A DNA stretch of 64,000 nucleotides from an uncultured candidate division WWE3 bacterium (GTDB lineage Bacteria; Patescibacteriota; WWE3; UBA101185; UBA10185): positions 361,441 through 425,440 of the forward strand of contig CAVXUZ010000005.1 of NCBI GenBank assembly GCA_963765125.1, in the 5' to 3' direction. The translations under genes were made by a program, and so were the position numbers. The notes beneath the pieces were generated by a model. That model was given only the letters and a program-made list of their open reading frames with translations, made no database searches and had not been told where the DNA came from. Below, piece after piece: positions 1-10,212 of this stretch (positions are counted from its first letter, which is position 1; every line of letters starts with the position of its first letter).

Positions 1-2
1 TT

Positions 3-881
3 ATTGATTGTATAGGTTGTAACCATCGCAATAAAACCTGAAACGGCACTTGCAACAGGAGACGAAAAAATCGTACTTCGAAGTATGGTAAATAATCCAG
101 TGTCAACAAACAAACCAACAAAGCCGGTAATTACAAATTTAAAAAAACTTTTACTCGCGTTAAACCTAAGGACTGCTACAACACGAAGAGAATCAAACAT
201 ATTGTCACGTTCCATTTTTGAGTTGCCTCTGTCTCTTAAACCAAACTGAATCGGAACTTCTTTAATTTTGGCACCGAGTTTATACATTCTAAAAAGTAAA
301 TCCATCTTGTAAGCAAACCCTGAAGAATTTACCTCATCGAGATTCATCTTATCTACAAAGCCTTTTACGCGAGAAATTTTAAAACCAGTAGTAAAATCTG
401 AAACGTTGTAAATTCCAAGTGCAACCTTTGTAAAAATGTTTCCGCCGATACTTAGAAGTTTTCTATAAAAAGCCCACTCCTTTGGAATACTTCCACCCCT
501 TATATACCTTGATCCTATAACATAATCATAGCCATTATCAAACTCGTGAATCATAGCTGTTAAATCCTCAGGCCTGTGCTGCATATCAGCGTCCATTTCT
601 ACTATAGCTTCAGCTCCGAGTTGCAAAATTGCATGTTTAAAACCATAAATATAAGCTGCGCCCAAACCTGCTTTTTCTTTCTCAGTCAGTAAAATTACAT
701 AGGGGTATTTAGTTGCAAGGCTTTTTACGACGTCGCCTGTTCCATCAGGAGAATTTCCATCAACTATAAGAACATTAAAATCATGGTTTGGAAATTTTTT
801 AAGTTCGATATCAATTAGAGGAATTAAACGAGAAACATTCTCTGACTCATTATATGTGGGAATGACAATAACAATCTTCAT
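3..881 (-). CDS. GT2 polyprenol-phosphate mannose synthase (DPM1-like) fused to a GtrA-like membrane domain; runs off the window edge
   Basis: Not in the ORF track. Manual translation gives MKIVIVIPTYNESEN...VDGNSPDGT...GLGAAY...MDADMQHRPE...GSRYIRGG...DFTTGF, then hydrophobic FFKFVITGFVGLFVD. Confidence 0.85.
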   Translation of the reverse strand, partial: MKIVIVIPTYNESENVSRLIPLIDIELKKFPNHDFNVLIVDGNSPDGTGDVVKSLATKYPYVILLTEKEKAGLGAAYIYGFKHAILQLGAEAIVEMDADMQHRPEDLTAMIHEFDNGYDYVIGSRYIRGGSIPKEWAFYRKLLSIGGNIFTKVALGIYNVSDFTTGFKISRVKGFVDKMNLDEVNSSGFAYKMDLLFRMYKLGAKIKEVPIQFGLRDRGNSKMERDNMFDSLRVVAVLRFNASKSFFKFVITGFVGLFVDTGLFTILRSTIFSSPVASAVSGFIAMVTTYTIN

Positions 882-893
882 AACCTGTAAATT

Positions 894-1151
894 TTAAACG
901 CTAATTGCAGTGAGAACAAGTATAAACACGAATAATCCAATTAAAATATATTCCAATGCAACATCTACTGTAAGGCGCTCTTCAATTAAATGATGAACCA
1001 TCCCCCAAAATGAATAAAATATTGCAGCGATTGCCATCAAAACAATAAGTGCGCTTTTATCAAATCTAAACTGGTAAAACAGAATACCAATAACAATAAT
1101 TCCTAAAACAAGAACCGTATGTTCGATAATCTTGTAACCTTTGTAGTTCAT
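894..1151 (-). CDS. Small hypothetical membrane protein (about 3 TM)
   Basis: 85-aa hydrophobic ORF, with a 4-nt overlap with the upstream CAP gene. Confidence 0.7.
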   Translation of the reverse strand: MNYKGYKIIEHTVLVLGIIVIGILFYQFRFDKSALIVLMAIAAIFYSFWGMVHHLIEERLTVDVALEYILIGLFVFILVLTAISV

Positions 1152-2164
1152 AAAATTGCTCCTGGCACTATAGAAAGCATAACACTCATTAAGACTAGAG
1201 CCAAAAATATAATATGCGCAAATGTGTGCCCAGTAACTTTAAGTATTCCGTGTTTCTTTGAGTACCAAAGATCTAAGCATAACAACGCAACAACAAACCC
1301 ACCAAAAGTGTAGGTGATCGATCTTGTTGCAGATTTAACGTCAACAAATAACTCATTTCTTTCAAATTTTTCTTCAACTATGTTTTTCGACTCAGAAAGC
1401 TGCTGAAGTATTGGCGTTGCTTCACCCTCTACATTTTGTGCTACTTTCGCAGGTACTTCGGGTGCTTCCTCAATGACCGGCTCAGGCACCTCAATGGGTG
1501 TAATTTCTTCTTCAACCTTTGCAGGTACTTCGGGAGCATTTACACTTTCTGAAGCAAGTTTGGTCGCTACTCTTTCACGCCCAAACATTTGAACGACGAT
1601 GGTTGTTTCATACCCATCGATAACACCATTTATGACTGCAAAACCAATATCGTCGTAATTAGAGCTTAAAAGATTGTCTCTATGACTTGGAGATGTATAC
1701 CACGCTTCTACAACATCTTTTGAGTTTGAAAAGTTTTTTGCTAGGTTTTCACCCGCGTATACGTAGTCGTAATCCTGATCTAAAATAAAATCCCAAGGTT
1801 TGGTGCCCATAGGAGAAACGTGCGCCCAATAACCAACCTTGAACATATCTTGAGCTTTGCTCTGCGCAGCCTCAGAAAGTTCTTGGTTCATACTCAATGG
1901 TTTTAACCCAACTTTTGCTCTTGTCTCGTTAGTATATTTCAATAAATCTTGTGAATTAATATTTGAAGCATAACCCAATATCCCAGGTGCAAAGAGGGGC
2001 ACTACTCGAATAATGGCTACCAATGCTATCTGTACCAGTGCATACAGTATTAGCGCACGATTGCTTAGCAGTCTTGCTCTAATTTTCTTATGCTTATGAG
2101 GAACAAAATGATACAGAAACTGGTATTTACTTATTGAATTGGGGGCTTCGTAAATATCGTTCAT
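1148..2164 (-). CDS. Membrane-anchored CAP/SCP-domain protein
   Basis: TNETR...L..AAQSKAQDM...YWAH...AGENLA...AWYTSPSHRDNLL motifs, N- and C-terminal TM segments, and a Pro/Glu linker. Confidence 0.85.
   Translation of the reverse strand: MNDIYEAPNSISKYQFLYHFVPHKHKKIRARLLSNRALILYALVQIALVAIIRVVPLFAPGILGYASNINSQDLLKYTNETRAKVGLKPLSMNQELSEAAQSKAQDMFKVGYWAHVSPMGTKPWDFILDQDYDYVYAGENLAKNFSNSKDVVEAWYTSPSHRDNLLSSNYDDIGFAVINGVIDGYETTIVVQMFGRERVATKLASESVNAPEVPAKVEEEITPIEVPEPVIEEAPEVPAKVAQNVEGEATPILQQLSESKNIVEEKFERNELFVDVKSATRSITYTFGGFVVALLCLDLWYSKKHGILKVTGHTFAHIIFLALVLMSVMLSIVPGAIL
1449..1534. repeat. Direct repeat gcaggtacttcggg (1449-1462 and 1521-1534) encoding a duplicated APEVPAKV
   Basis: Seen directly in both DNA and protein. 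Confidence 0.8.
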
Positions 2165-2173
2165 ATACGCGAA

Positions 2174-2815
2174 TTATACCACCAAGTCAGCCTTTCGTCG
2201 TAACGCTTCGACCGTGTTATTAAAAATAATTTCTGGTTTTGGCTTCGCGTCAACTTCGATTAGTTGCTTTTTCTTACGATAATATTCTATTACTTTTTTT
2301 GTAGAAGAATCAAAGACTTTAAACCTATTCTCCAAAACCTTGACGTCATCATCTTTTCTATAGGTTAGGGTACTCCTATCGTAATCACATATACCATCTA
2401 CTTTTGGAGGAGAATATAATTTGTTATAGGTGTGTCCATGTGCTGTGCATACAAGTCGATTGTTAATTCTTTCAACTGCAACATCCTTTGAAATGTTGAG
2501 ATATAGGACAAAAGTCGCCTTTGGGTCAAAGTATTCTAAATCAACCAAGTCGCGTAACCAGCCGTCTAAAATATACCCTTTTTCGTATTTAGCCTTATCC
2601 TCTACCATTTTAGCTAAAAGTTCGCCCACAATCGATTGTGGAGCCAATAAACCCCTGTTCATCGCGTTATGGACAGGATTATAAAATGGGGATTCTGGGG
2701 GTATCTCCCTGAGCATCTGACCAACCTTAATTAAGGGCAAACCAAGATGGGCACTTAGTTTCTCTCCTAAAGTACCTTTACCGCTTGCGGGCGGCCCTAC
2801 CAAAACGATGATCAT
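2174..2815 (-). CDS. adk: Adenylate kinase
   Basis: GPPASGKGT P-loop, LID region, RKDD motif, position after secY. Confidence 0.9.
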   Translation of the reverse strand: MIIVLVGPPASGKGTLGEKLSAHLGLPLIKVGQMLREIPPESPFYNPVHNAMNRGLLAPQSIVGELLAKMVEDKAKYEKGYILDGWLRDLVDLEYFDPKATFVLYLNISKDVAVERINNRLVCTAHGHTYNKLYSPPKVDGICDYDRSTLTYRKDDDVKVLENRFKVFDSSTKKVIEYYRKKKQLIEVDAKPKPEIIFNNTVEALRRKADLVV

Positions 2816-2817
2816 AT

Positions 2818-3081
2818 TTATAGTCCTGGAATTCCTAAATCGCCAAGTTGGCCTCTAAGCTGCTTCTCTGCCTTTTTATTAACTTCCTTCATTGCTGAGT
2901 TGATTAGATCTCTTAATTCTTTTTGTTCTTCACCATCAATTTCAATTGTCTCTACTTTTCTGTCGCCTCTTACAACTACGCGGATACCTCTTTTCTCTTC
3001 GGATGCAAAAATTTGCTCTAATTGTTTATTGAGTCTGGATTGTGCTTGCTGAAATCTTATTAATTCTTTTGGATTTATCAT
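2818..3081 (-). CDS. YbaB/EbfC nucleoid-associated protein
   Basis: Helix-beta hairpin-helix pattern (GIRVVVRGDRKVETIEID...LINSAMKE) and C-terminal LGIPGL. Confidence 0.7.
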   Translation of the reverse strand: MINPKELIRFQQAQSRLNKQLEQIFASEEKRGIRVVVRGDRKVETIEIDGEEQKELRDLINSAMKEVNKKAEKQLRGQLGDLGIPGL

Positions 3082-3082
3082 A

Positions 3083-4339
3083 TTATTTTAAGAAACTTTG
3101 ATAATTTCTGGTAACCATCATTGACTCCATTTGTCTAATCGTATCAAGAACTACTGATACAACGATTAGTACACCTGTGCCCCCGATGGCTAAATTTGTT
3201 AAACCTGTGTATGCTTGTACAAAAAATGGCATAATCGCGATCAATCCTAAAAACATAGCACCCGCCAATGTCAATCTTAGCGTAATGGTTCTTAAGTACT
3301 GTTCTGTTGCTCTGCCTGGTCTGATTCCGGGTATAAAACCACCGCGCTTTTTTATATCGTCAGCAATTTTATGTGGATCAAACTGCATAAATGTATAGAA
3401 AAATGTAAATCCAACTACAAGTATAAAATACAAAATATTGTAAAGAGGTTCAGTAGATGCAAAATTCTTACCTAAAAAAGTACCAATATTATTCAGAATT
3501 GGTGAACTTGTAGCTAACAACGGCCCACTTAAAAGAGACGGTATCATAACTAAAGAAACAGCGAAGATAATCGGAATGACTCCGGCTTGATTAATTTTTA
3601 TTGGTAAAAAGTTGCTCACACGCTCTGCTCTAATTCCTCGTCTACCATACTCAATAGGTATATTTCTTGTACCTTCGTTGACCATAACAATGGCAGCGAT
3701 AACAACAATAATAAGACCAAGTATTAAAGCGGTGGTGATAAGTCCAGATTTTTCAAAAAGCGCGTAAATACTAAGCGCCCCTGTTGGCAGTCTGCTTACG
3801 ATTCCAGCAAAAATTAGAAGCGATACACCTTGGCCAAGTCCAGACTCGGTTATTAAATCACCAATCCAAACCATTATTAGAGCGCCGCCAACCAAAGAAA
3901 GTACCAAAACTACCAACGTCATTATGTCTATATTTCCTATTACGCCTTGTTTGTGGAGTAAAAAGTAAACACCATAAGCCTGAATTAACGCGAGCGGAAC
4001 TGTAAGCATTTTTGTGTATGAATTAATTCGTTCTCTACCTGTTTCGCCCTCTTTTGAAAGTTCCTCAAGTGAGGGGATTATTTTTATAAAAAGTGAAATT
4101 ATGATTGAAGCGTTAATATATGGTCCAAGACCAAGTGTGGCTATAGAAAAGTTTTGAAATCCACCTCCACTAAAAAGATCGAATAATCCGAAAATCTGGC
4201 TGCTTTGTAAGAATGTTCTAACTGAGTTTAAATCGACGCCTGGAACGGGAACGTGGGCAAATATTCTTGATACTAGAATCGCAAAAAGTGTAAATAATAT
4301 CTTTTTTCTAAGTTCTTCATTTTTTAGTACTTTGAGCAT
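3083..4339 (-). CDS. secY: Preprotein translocase SecY
   Basis: HVPVPG, LFSGG, LGLGPYINASII, AGVIPIIFA and GGFIPGIRPG motifs. Confidence 0.98.
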   Translation of the reverse strand: MLKVLKNEELRKKILFTLFAILVSRIFAHVPVPGVDLNSVRTFLQSSQIFGLFDLFSGGGFQNFSIATLGLGPYINASIIISLFIKIIPSLEELSKEGETGRERINSYTKMLTVPLALIQAYGVYFLLHKQGVIGNIDIMTLVVLVLSLVGGALIMVWIGDLITESGLGQGVSLLIFAGIVSRLPTGALSIYALFEKSGLITTALILGLIIVVIAAIVMVNEGTRNIPIEYGRRGIRAERVSNFLPIKINQAGVIPIIFAVSLVMIPSLLSGPLLATSSPILNNIGTFLGKNFASTEPLYNILYFILVVGFTFFYTFMQFDPHKIADDIKKRGGFIPGIRPGRATEQYLRTITLRLTLAGAMFLGLIAIMPFFVQAYTGLTNLAIGGTGVLIVVSVVLDTIRQMESMMVTRNYQSFLK

Positions 4340-4340
4340 T

Positions 4341-4787
4341 TTATTCGACTATTTTCGAACCTGATTTTTCAATAGCCTCCCTAGCACCTTTGGTGTACAA
4401 AAAACCAGAGAGTTCTAGTTTCTTTGCAAGTGTGCCATTAGAAATAATTTTAACACTCGCTTTACCAATCTTTTTCACCATTCTTTTTTCTAAAATAACT
4501 TTTGGATTAACTTTATCTCCATCGTTAAATCTATTAAGTCTGAGGACTGAAAACTCGATGACGTTTTTAGAAGTTGGATTACGGAATCCCGCAAGTTTAG
4601 GAACCTTTTTGTACAAAGGTACTTGTCCACCCTCATAGCCTGGATTTACTTTTCCTGTTCCTCTAGCTTTTTGACCTTTTGTTCCTGTACCGGTTGTATG
4701 ACCACCTTTACCACTGCCGTAACCTCGACCGCGTCTTTTACTTTTTCCGTGTATTCCTTTTTGTTTAGGTAAGTTATTTAATTCCAT
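4341..4787 (-). CDS. rplO: 50S ribosomal protein L15
   Basis: RGRGYGSGKG...GQKAR...EGGQVP; the start MELNN overlaps the rpsE stop (TAATG). Confidence 0.96.
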   Translation of the reverse strand: MELNNLPKQKGIHGKSKRRGRGYGSGKGGHTTGTGTKGQKARGTGKVNPGYEGGQVPLYKKVPKLAGFRNPTSKNVIEFSVLRLNRFNDGDKVNPKVILEKRMVKKIGKASVKIISNGTLAKKLELSGFLYTKGAREAIEKSGSKIVE

Positions 4788-5260
4788 TATTCTGCCTTCT
4801 TTAATTTCTGCAACGCTTCTATCGTGCATCTTACATTTGTTAACTTATCGCTTGAGCCAAGCATTTTTGCTGAGACGTCTTTGACACCTGCTAGCTCTAA
4901 AACTGCTCTGATAGCTCCACCTGCAATAATTCCAGAACCTTTTGGTGCGGGTTGTATAAGTACCTTTGCAGCAGAAAGCTTGTTAGATACCATGTGAGGT
5001 ATTGTTGTATTTTTTAAATTAATGTCTACTACGTTAGTTCTAGCCTTTGCTAAAGCTTTCTGAATTGCTTTCTGAACATCTTTTCCTTTACCTAATGCGC
5101 TACCCACTCTACCTTTTCCATCACCAATAATTGCTAGTGCGGTAAAACCAATCGCGTTTCCACCTGTAGTTTTTTTAGAAACTCTTTTTATTTGAAAAAC
5201 TCTCTCTTCGTAGTCTTGGGCTTTCTTAGGTCCTTGCTGAGATTGATTTCTATTCATCAT
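4787..5260 (-). CDS. rpsE: 30S ribosomal protein S5
   Basis: RVSKKTTGG and PAPKGSGIIAGG..RAVLELAG. Confidence 0.97.
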   Translation of the reverse strand: MMNRNQSQQGPKKAQDYEERVFQIKRVSKKTTGGNAIGFTALAIIGDGKGRVGSALGKGKDVQKAIQKALAKARTNVVDINLKNTTIPHMVSNKLSAAKVLIQPAPKGSGIIAGGAIRAVLELAGVKDVSAKMLGSSDKLTNVRCTIEALQKLKKAE

Positions 5261-5619
5261 AATTCTAATCCTCTCTTTCGTGCGCCATCGGCAATATTTT
5301 TAATTCTTCCATGATATTGATAGCCATTTCGATCAAATACTACTTTTTTTATTTTTTTGTCTAGTGCTTTTAACGCTAGTGCTTCACCAATAGAAAATGC
5401 GGCCTCAACTTTTGTTTTTCCTTCATGAGCTTTTTTAATTTCTGTGGCGCTTAATCCAATTAACGTTTTTCTTGACCTATCATCAATGATTTGGCCATAG
5501 ATATATTTATTTGAGCGAAATACTGAAAGTCTCGGTCTCGCAATTTCACCAAATACTTTTTTCTTTACTCTAAGTTTTCGTCTTTCTTTATTTGTACTTC
5601 TTAATATTACTTTTGCCAT
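5257..5619 (-). CDS. rplR: 50S ribosomal protein L18
   Basis: RPRLSVFRSN and VFDRNGYQYHGR. Confidence 0.97.
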   Translation of the reverse strand: MAKVILRSTNKERRKLRVKKKVFGEIARPRLSVFRSNKYIYGQIIDDRSRKTLIGLSATEIKKAHEGKTKVEAAFSIGEALALKALDKKIKKVVFDRNGYQYHGRIKNIADGARKRGLEL

Positions 5620-5622
5620 TTT

Positions 5623-6162
5623 TTAAACCTTTCCTGACTTTCCAGGTTTTGTCTTTACAATCTCTCCAACATATTTCACACCTTTACCTTTGTAAACTTC
5701 AGGTTTTCTAAAGGCTCTTATTTTTGCTGCAGTCTGTCCAACAAGCTGTTTATCAATTCCTGAAACTGTTATTGTCTTGTTTTCTTCTACGCTAAGATTA
5801 ATTCCCTCTGGTGCAGGAAAATTAATCGCGTGAGAATAGCCGAGAGCTAGGGTTAAACCTTTTCCTGCTGCGCTGGTTCTATAACCAACTCCAACGAGTT
5901 CTAGCTTTTTCTCAAATCCTTCAGTAACACCAATAATCATATTCGCGAGCAATGCTCTTGCTAAACCCCATAAAGCTCCGGTTTCTTTACAATCTAATTC
6001 TGCGGTTATGTTTATAACACCATTTTCTTGGGTAACAGTTATTTCTGGATTTACTGTGTGCTTAAGCTCCCCTTTGGGACCTTTTACTGTAATTTCTTTT
6101 CCATTAATTAAAACGGTCACGCCTGCAGGTATTTCGATTGGTTTCTTTCCTACTCTAGACAT
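5623..6162 (-). CDS. rplF: 50S ribosomal protein L6
   Basis: MSRVGKKPI, GVGYR, LGYSH and PEVYKGKG. Confidence 0.97.
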   Translation of the reverse strand: MSRVGKKPIEIPAGVTVLINGKEITVKGPKGELKHTVNPEITVTQENGVINITAELDCKETGALWGLARALLANMIIGVTEGFEKKLELVGVGYRTSAAGKGLTLALGYSHAINFPAPEGINLSVEENKTITVSGIDKQLVGQTAAKIRAFRKPEVYKGKGVKYVGEIVKTKPGKSGKV

Positions 6163-6165
6163 TTT

Positions 6166-6564
6166 TTAAAATACCTTACAAATTAACTCTCCGCCAAGCC
6201 TTCTTTTCTTTGCTTCTTGGCCACTAATTACACCTTTTGATGTAGAAACTACTAAAACTCCCTGCCCTGCTGGAACGTGCTCAAATTTTGTGCTGCTCAA
6301 ATAAATTCTTCTTCCAGGTTTAGAAAATCTTTTAATGTCGGTTATAAGAAACTTTTTGTTTTCTACAGCCAAATCTAATCTCAACCCTTTATAAGCTTTT
6401 CCTTTTGGTTTAAATGTCTTTACTTCTGTCAGAAATCCTGCTTCTTTTAGAACATTAGCGATACTTTCACACTCTTTTGTGTAATAAGTTTCAACAAAGG
6501 CATTATTAGCCATTGAGGCGTTTTTAATTGAACTCAACATGTTTGATACTCTATCTAAACTCAT
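6166..6564 (-). CDS. rpsH: 30S ribosomal protein S8
   Basis: SKPGRRIY, STSKG and GGELIC. Confidence 0.96.
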   Translation of the reverse strand: MSLDRVSNMLSSIKNASMANNAFVETYYTKECESIANVLKEAGFLTEVKTFKPKGKAYKGLRLDLAVENKKFLITDIKRFSKPGRRIYLSSTKFEHVPAGQGVLVVSTSKGVISGQEAKKRRLGGELICKVF

Positions 6565-6565
6565 A

Positions 6566-6754
6566 TTACCAACTTGCCTTTCTTACTCCGGGTAATTCTC
6601 CCTTGTGAGCTAATTCTCTGAAACATTTTCTACAAATTCCAAACCTTCTCATAAAACCTCTTGGGTTACCACAGATTTCACAACGATTGTATTTTCGCAC
6701 CGGAAATGCGAACTGTCCTCTTTTATGTTTTTCTACTAATGCTTTCTTTGCCAT
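6566..6754 (-). CDS. rpsN: 30S ribosomal protein S14, zinc-binding type Z
   Basis: RCEICG..RG...[17 protein letters not shown]. Confidence 0.96.
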   Translation of the reverse strand: MAKKALVEKHKRGQFAFPVRKYNRCEICGNPRGFMRRFGICRKCFRELAHKGELPGVRKASW

Positions 6755-6798
6755 AATCTAGTTTGTAACTATACCACTAAAAACCTTTTAGAAAAAGG

Positions 6799-7344
6799 CT
6801 AGTTGTCCTTTCTAAAGGGCATACCTAAGTAGCTTAGGAGTGCCTTGTTGTAGTTCTTTTCTTTACTTGAACTCACAACTGTAACTTGCATACTTCTAAT
6901 TCCTTTTACTAAATTTGGGTTAACCTCAGGAAAAATCGTGTGTTCTGCTATGCCCAACGAGTAGTTGCCTGCTTCATCGAAAGCTTCGTTGCTTAAACCT
7001 TGGAAATCTCTAATTCTTGGAATTGCAACGCTAATCAATTTATCTAGAAATGCCCACATTCTTTCTCCTCTTAATGTTGCTGTAAATCCAACCGTCTCCC
7101 CCTGTCTAACCTTTAAACCTGCGATAGAGAGTCTCGCTTTTCTTGGAAATGGCTTTTGTCCACAAAGTTGAGTCATCTCAGCTTCAAAACTTTCTAAAGC
7201 TTCTCTATTGTCCCTAAATCCACCAATACCTGCATTTACAACAATCTTTTTAATATTAGGAACTTGCATCACACTTTTTAGATCAAATTCCTTTTTTATT
7301 TTTTGTACTATTTCTTTTGTATATTTTTCCTTTAGTCTATTCAT
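6799..7344 (-). CDS. rplE: 50S ribosomal protein L5
   Basis: KIVVNAG, GQKP, TLRG.RM and PRIRDFQG. Confidence 0.97.
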   Translation of the reverse strand: MNRLKEKYTKEIVQKIKKEFDLKSVMQVPNIKKIVVNAGIGGFRDNREALESFEAEMTQLCGQKPFPRKARLSIAGLKVRQGETVGFTATLRGERMWAFLDKLISVAIPRIRDFQGLSNEAFDEAGNYSLGIAEHTIFPEVNPNLVKGIRSMQVTVVSSSKEKNYNKALLSYLGMPFRKDN

Positions 7345-7345
7345 C

Positions 7346-7657
7346 TTATTTCTCTATAACCTCTTTTTTAACTCTGTTGTATCTATATTTTTTACCATCA
7401 ACAATTTTGCTACCTAGTCTTACCGGTCGTTTTAAGTCGCTATCGTAGTACATAACATTTGAAATATGGATTGGTGATTCTTTTTTAATTATTCCACCTT
7501 CCTTTTTCTTGTCTTTGGCTTTTACATGTTTTTTAACAACGTTTACACCCTCTACCAAGAGCCTATTTTCCGCAGGAATCATTTTTAGAACAACTCCGAT
7601 CTTACCTAAGTCTTTTCCTGCAATTATTTGAACTTTATCACCTTTTTTTATTAACAT
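7346..7657 (-). CDS. rplX: 50S ribosomal protein L24
   Basis: KOW motif KKGDKVQIIAGKD and PIHISNV. Confidence 0.97.
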   Translation of the reverse strand: MLIKKGDKVQIIAGKDLGKIGVVLKMIPAENRLLVEGVNVVKKHVKAKDKKKEGGIIKKESPIHISNVMYYDSDLKRPVRLGSKIVDGKKYRYNRVKKEVIEK

Positions 7658-7667
7658 ATGTTTCTTC

Positions 7668-8036
7668 TTACCATACCTCCTTGGCTAAGGAAGCAATTTT
7701 TAAATATCCAAAATCTCTAATTTCTCTAGCAACAGGTCCGAAAACTCTTGTTCCAACCATTAAGCCTTCTTTATTGATTACTACACCGGCGTTGTCATCA
7801 AATCTTGTGTAACTTCCATCTTTTCTTCTTACTTCTTTGGATGTTCTCACGATAACTGCCTTAACAACTGTATGATCTTTTAGGGCTCCTACTGCAATTG
7901 CTCCATCTACTACTGCTGTTACTGTATCGCCAACCGAGGCAAATTTTCTTCCTGTATTTCCTGGAATCCCAATCACCTTTAATCTTTTTGCACCTGAATT
8001 GTCTGCTACTGAGAGCGTTGAACCAACTTGAATCAT
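7668..8036 (-). CDS. rplN: 50S ribosomal protein L14
   Basis: VADNSGAK, RFDDNA and GTRVFGPVARE. Confidence 0.98.
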   Translation of the reverse strand: MIQVGSTLSVADNSGAKRLKVIGIPGNTGRKFASVGDTVTAVVDGAIAVGALKDHTVVKAVIVRTSKEVRRKDGSYTRFDDNAGVVINKEGLMVGTRVFGPVAREIRDFGYLKIASLAKEVW

Positions 8037-8281
8037 TATTTTTTACCCGCTTCTAAAATTTCTAAGACTTTCCATGCAACAGTTTTACTAAAAGGCGTAC
8101 ATTCCTCAACCAATACAGTATCGCCAAGTTTAGCTTCGACATCGTTTCTTGCTTTAAACTTTTTGGTCATTGCAATATTTTTTTTGTATATCTTATGTTT
8201 TTTTCTTGTCTCAACGCTGATCATAACTGTTCTATCCATGCGATCAGAAACGATCTTTCCTTTTATAGTTTTTTTAGGCAT
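8036..8281 (-). CDS. rpsQ: 30S ribosomal protein S17
   Basis: G.IVSDRMDRT and GD.V...EC.P.SKT. Confidence 0.95.
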   Translation of the reverse strand: MPKKTIKGKIVSDRMDRTVMISVETRKKHKIYKKNIAMTKKFKARNDVEAKLGDTVLVEECTPFSKTVAWKVLEILEAGKK

Positions 8282-8492
8282 TGTCTGTATCCTCCAAAAA
8301 TAATTTTTCTGACAAAACTGTGCTTATTCTTGCCATATCTTTTTTTATAAACTTTCCTTTTGTTATATTTTTTTCTTTGCCTTTATACACATCGATTGAA
8401 AACTTTTCAAGCTCTTTTTTCTTATCTTTAAACTCTTTTTCAAGCTCTTTGATAGTCTTTATTCTTAAATCTTTTGCTAGTAAATTACTCAT
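8274..8492 (-). CDS. rpmC: 50S ribosomal protein L29
   Basis: Position between rplP and rpsQ; [13 protein letters not shown]. Confidence 0.9.
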   Translation of the reverse strand: MSNLLAKDLRIKTIKELEKEFKDKKKELEKFSIDVYKGKEKNITKGKFIKKDMARISTVLSEKLFLEDTDNA

Positions 8493-8892
8493 TTGATACA
8501 AACCTCATTTTGAGCGGTAATTTGTCAGCCGCTCTACTGAAAGCATGTCTTGCTACCTCTTCGGTAACTCCAGAAATTTCAAAAATTATTTTACCGGGCT
8601 TTATAACCGCTGCGTAGTGATCTGGTGCGGATTTACCGCTTCCCATTCTTGTTTCCTGTGGCTTTTTTGATATTGCCTTGTGAGGAAATACTCTAATCCA
8701 AAGCTTTCCACCTCTTTTTGTCTGGTGAGAAATTGCTTTTCTCGCAGATTCAATCTGTCGTGATGTTAAAACTCCTCGGTCGTCGCATTTTAAACCAAAT
8801 TCTCCAAAAGCGATACTACTTCCTCTTACGGCAATTCCTTTATTAGTACCTCGTTGTTGTTTTCTAAATTTTACTTTCTTTGGCATTAACAT
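8485..8892 (-). CDS. rplP: 50S ribosomal protein L16
   Basis: [24 protein letters not shown] and RMGSGK. Confidence 0.98.
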   Translation of the reverse strand: MLMPKKVKFRKQQRGTNKGIAVRGSSIAFGEFGLKCDDRGVLTSRQIESARKAISHQTKRGGKLWIRVFPHKAISKKPQETRMGSGKSAPDHYAAVIKPGKIIFEISGVTEEVARHAFSRAADKLPLKMRFVSNE

Positions 8893-8909
8893 AGCGTTAA
8901 TAAGGAAAT

Positions 8910-9545
8910 TTACTTAATTTCCACTTCTCCTTTGTAAATCCATACTTTAATTCCGATAACACCAAAAAGCATTTTGCAGTCATGCTGACAAAAGTCGATA
9001 TCTGCTCTAAGCGTTTGCAAAGGGACTGGTCCATACTTATAAACTTCTGACCTTGCGATTGTGTTGCTTCCTGATAATAATCCGTTAATTTGAATTTTTA
9101 TTCCTTTTACACCTTTGTCTACAGCTGTAGTGACAGCAGTATTGGCAATTCTCCTTGCAGGAATTCTTCTTTTTAGCTGTCTACAAATATATTGTGCAAC
9201 TAATTCTGCTTCTAATTCTGGTGTTTTTACTTCTTCTACGGTAATTTTTATTTTTGAGTCTGTACGCGCCTTCAAGTCCTTTTCTAAAGCCTCTATACCT
9301 GTACCTGCGCGTCCTATGACTATTCCTGGTTTAGACACTTTTACTAAGAATTTAATTTCGTTTACTGATCTTTCGATCTCTATTGACTTAACACCCGCAG
9401 AGTCAAGCTTCTCTGCAAGTACTCTTCTTAGTTTGTAATCTTCAAAAATATGTTTGGAATAACCTTTTTTATCTGCAAACCATTTTGATTTCCAATCTTT
9501 TGATATTCCTAATCTAAATCCGAATGGATGTATCTTCTGCCCCAT
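8910..9545 (-). CDS. rpsC: 30S ribosomal protein S3
   Basis: [19 protein letters not shown] and [10 protein letters not shown]. Confidence 0.98.
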   Translation of the reverse strand: MGQKIHPFGFRLGISKDWKSKWFADKKGYSKHIFEDYKLRRVLAEKLDSAGVKSIEIERSVNEIKFLVKVSKPGIVIGRAGTGIEALEKDLKARTDSKIKITVEEVKTPELEAELVAQYICRQLKRRIPARRIANTAVTTAVDKGVKGIKIQINGLLSGSNTIARSEVYKYGPVPLQTLRADIDFCQHDCKMLFGVIGIKVWIYKGEVEIK

Positions 9546-9546
9546 A

Positions 9547-9921
9547 CTACTTCTTAGCCTTAGCTACCTTTCCTTCCTCTTTTTTTGAGGACAAACCTAC
9601 TACGATATGACTTGTTCTTTTAATAAGTGGATCAAATCTTCCTTTTGAACCCGGTCTTCCATATCTCTGAAATTTTCCTTCTGAAACATACACCTCAGCG
9701 ATTCTCAAGTTTTCAGATTTGAGACCGTGGTTATTAACAGCGTTTGCCTCTGCAGATTTAACTACTTTTAGTAAAAATTTAGCTGGCTTCGAAGAATCGA
9801 ATGCTAATGTCACTTTTGCTTCATGTAGCTTCTTATTTCTTATCAGGTCCATTACTATAGCCATCTTTTTTGGCATGACTCTTGCTCTATTATGTTTTGC
9901 ATAAACTTCTGCTAGTTTCAT
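9547..9921 (-). CDS. rplV: 50S ribosomal protein L22
   Basis: SAEANA and KRTSHI. Confidence 0.95.
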   Translation of the reverse strand: MKLAEVYAKHNRARVMPKKMAIVMDLIRNKKLHEAKVTLAFDSSKPAKFLLKVVKSAEANAVNNHGLKSENLRIAEVYVSEGKFQRYGRPGSKGRFDPLIKRTSHIVVGLSSKKEEGKVAKAKK

Positions 9922-9927
9922 ATGTTT

Positions 9928-10209
9928 TTAGGCTGCTGGTGTAGCCAATTTCTTTGAACTATGCCCTCTAAATAATCTTGTTGGTGCAAATTCACCTAAT
10001 TTGTGACCTACCATAGGTTCTGTAATAAACACAGGCATGTGTTTTCTTCCGTTATGCACTTCGATAGTTAATGAAACCATCTCTGGTGTGATTGTTGATC
10101 TTCTTGACCACGTCTTTATAGGTGTTTTTACTCCAGATGCAACAACTGCTTCAACTTTCTTTAATAAAGAATCCTCAACGTATATTCCCTTTTTTAGTGA
10201 TCTAACCAT
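9928..10209 (-). CDS. rpsS: 30S ribosomal protein S19
   Basis: RSLKKG, TWSRRS and [13 protein letters not shown]. Confidence 0.98.
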   Translation of the reverse strand: MVRSLKKGIYVEDSLLKKVEAVVASGVKTPIKTWSRRSTITPEMVSLTIEVHNGRKHMPVFITEPMVGHKLGEFAPTRLFRGHSSKKLATPAA

Positions 10210-10212
10210 CTA

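Noticed and set aside
1449-1534. Repeat as a CRISPR or DGR signal
   Set aside because: Only two 14-nt in-frame copies encoding a linker duplication; no cas or reverse transcriptase gene in the window
4780-4795. Missing rpmD (uL30) between rpsE and rplO
   Set aside because: Real, but an established CPR trait; used only as a taxonomic clue
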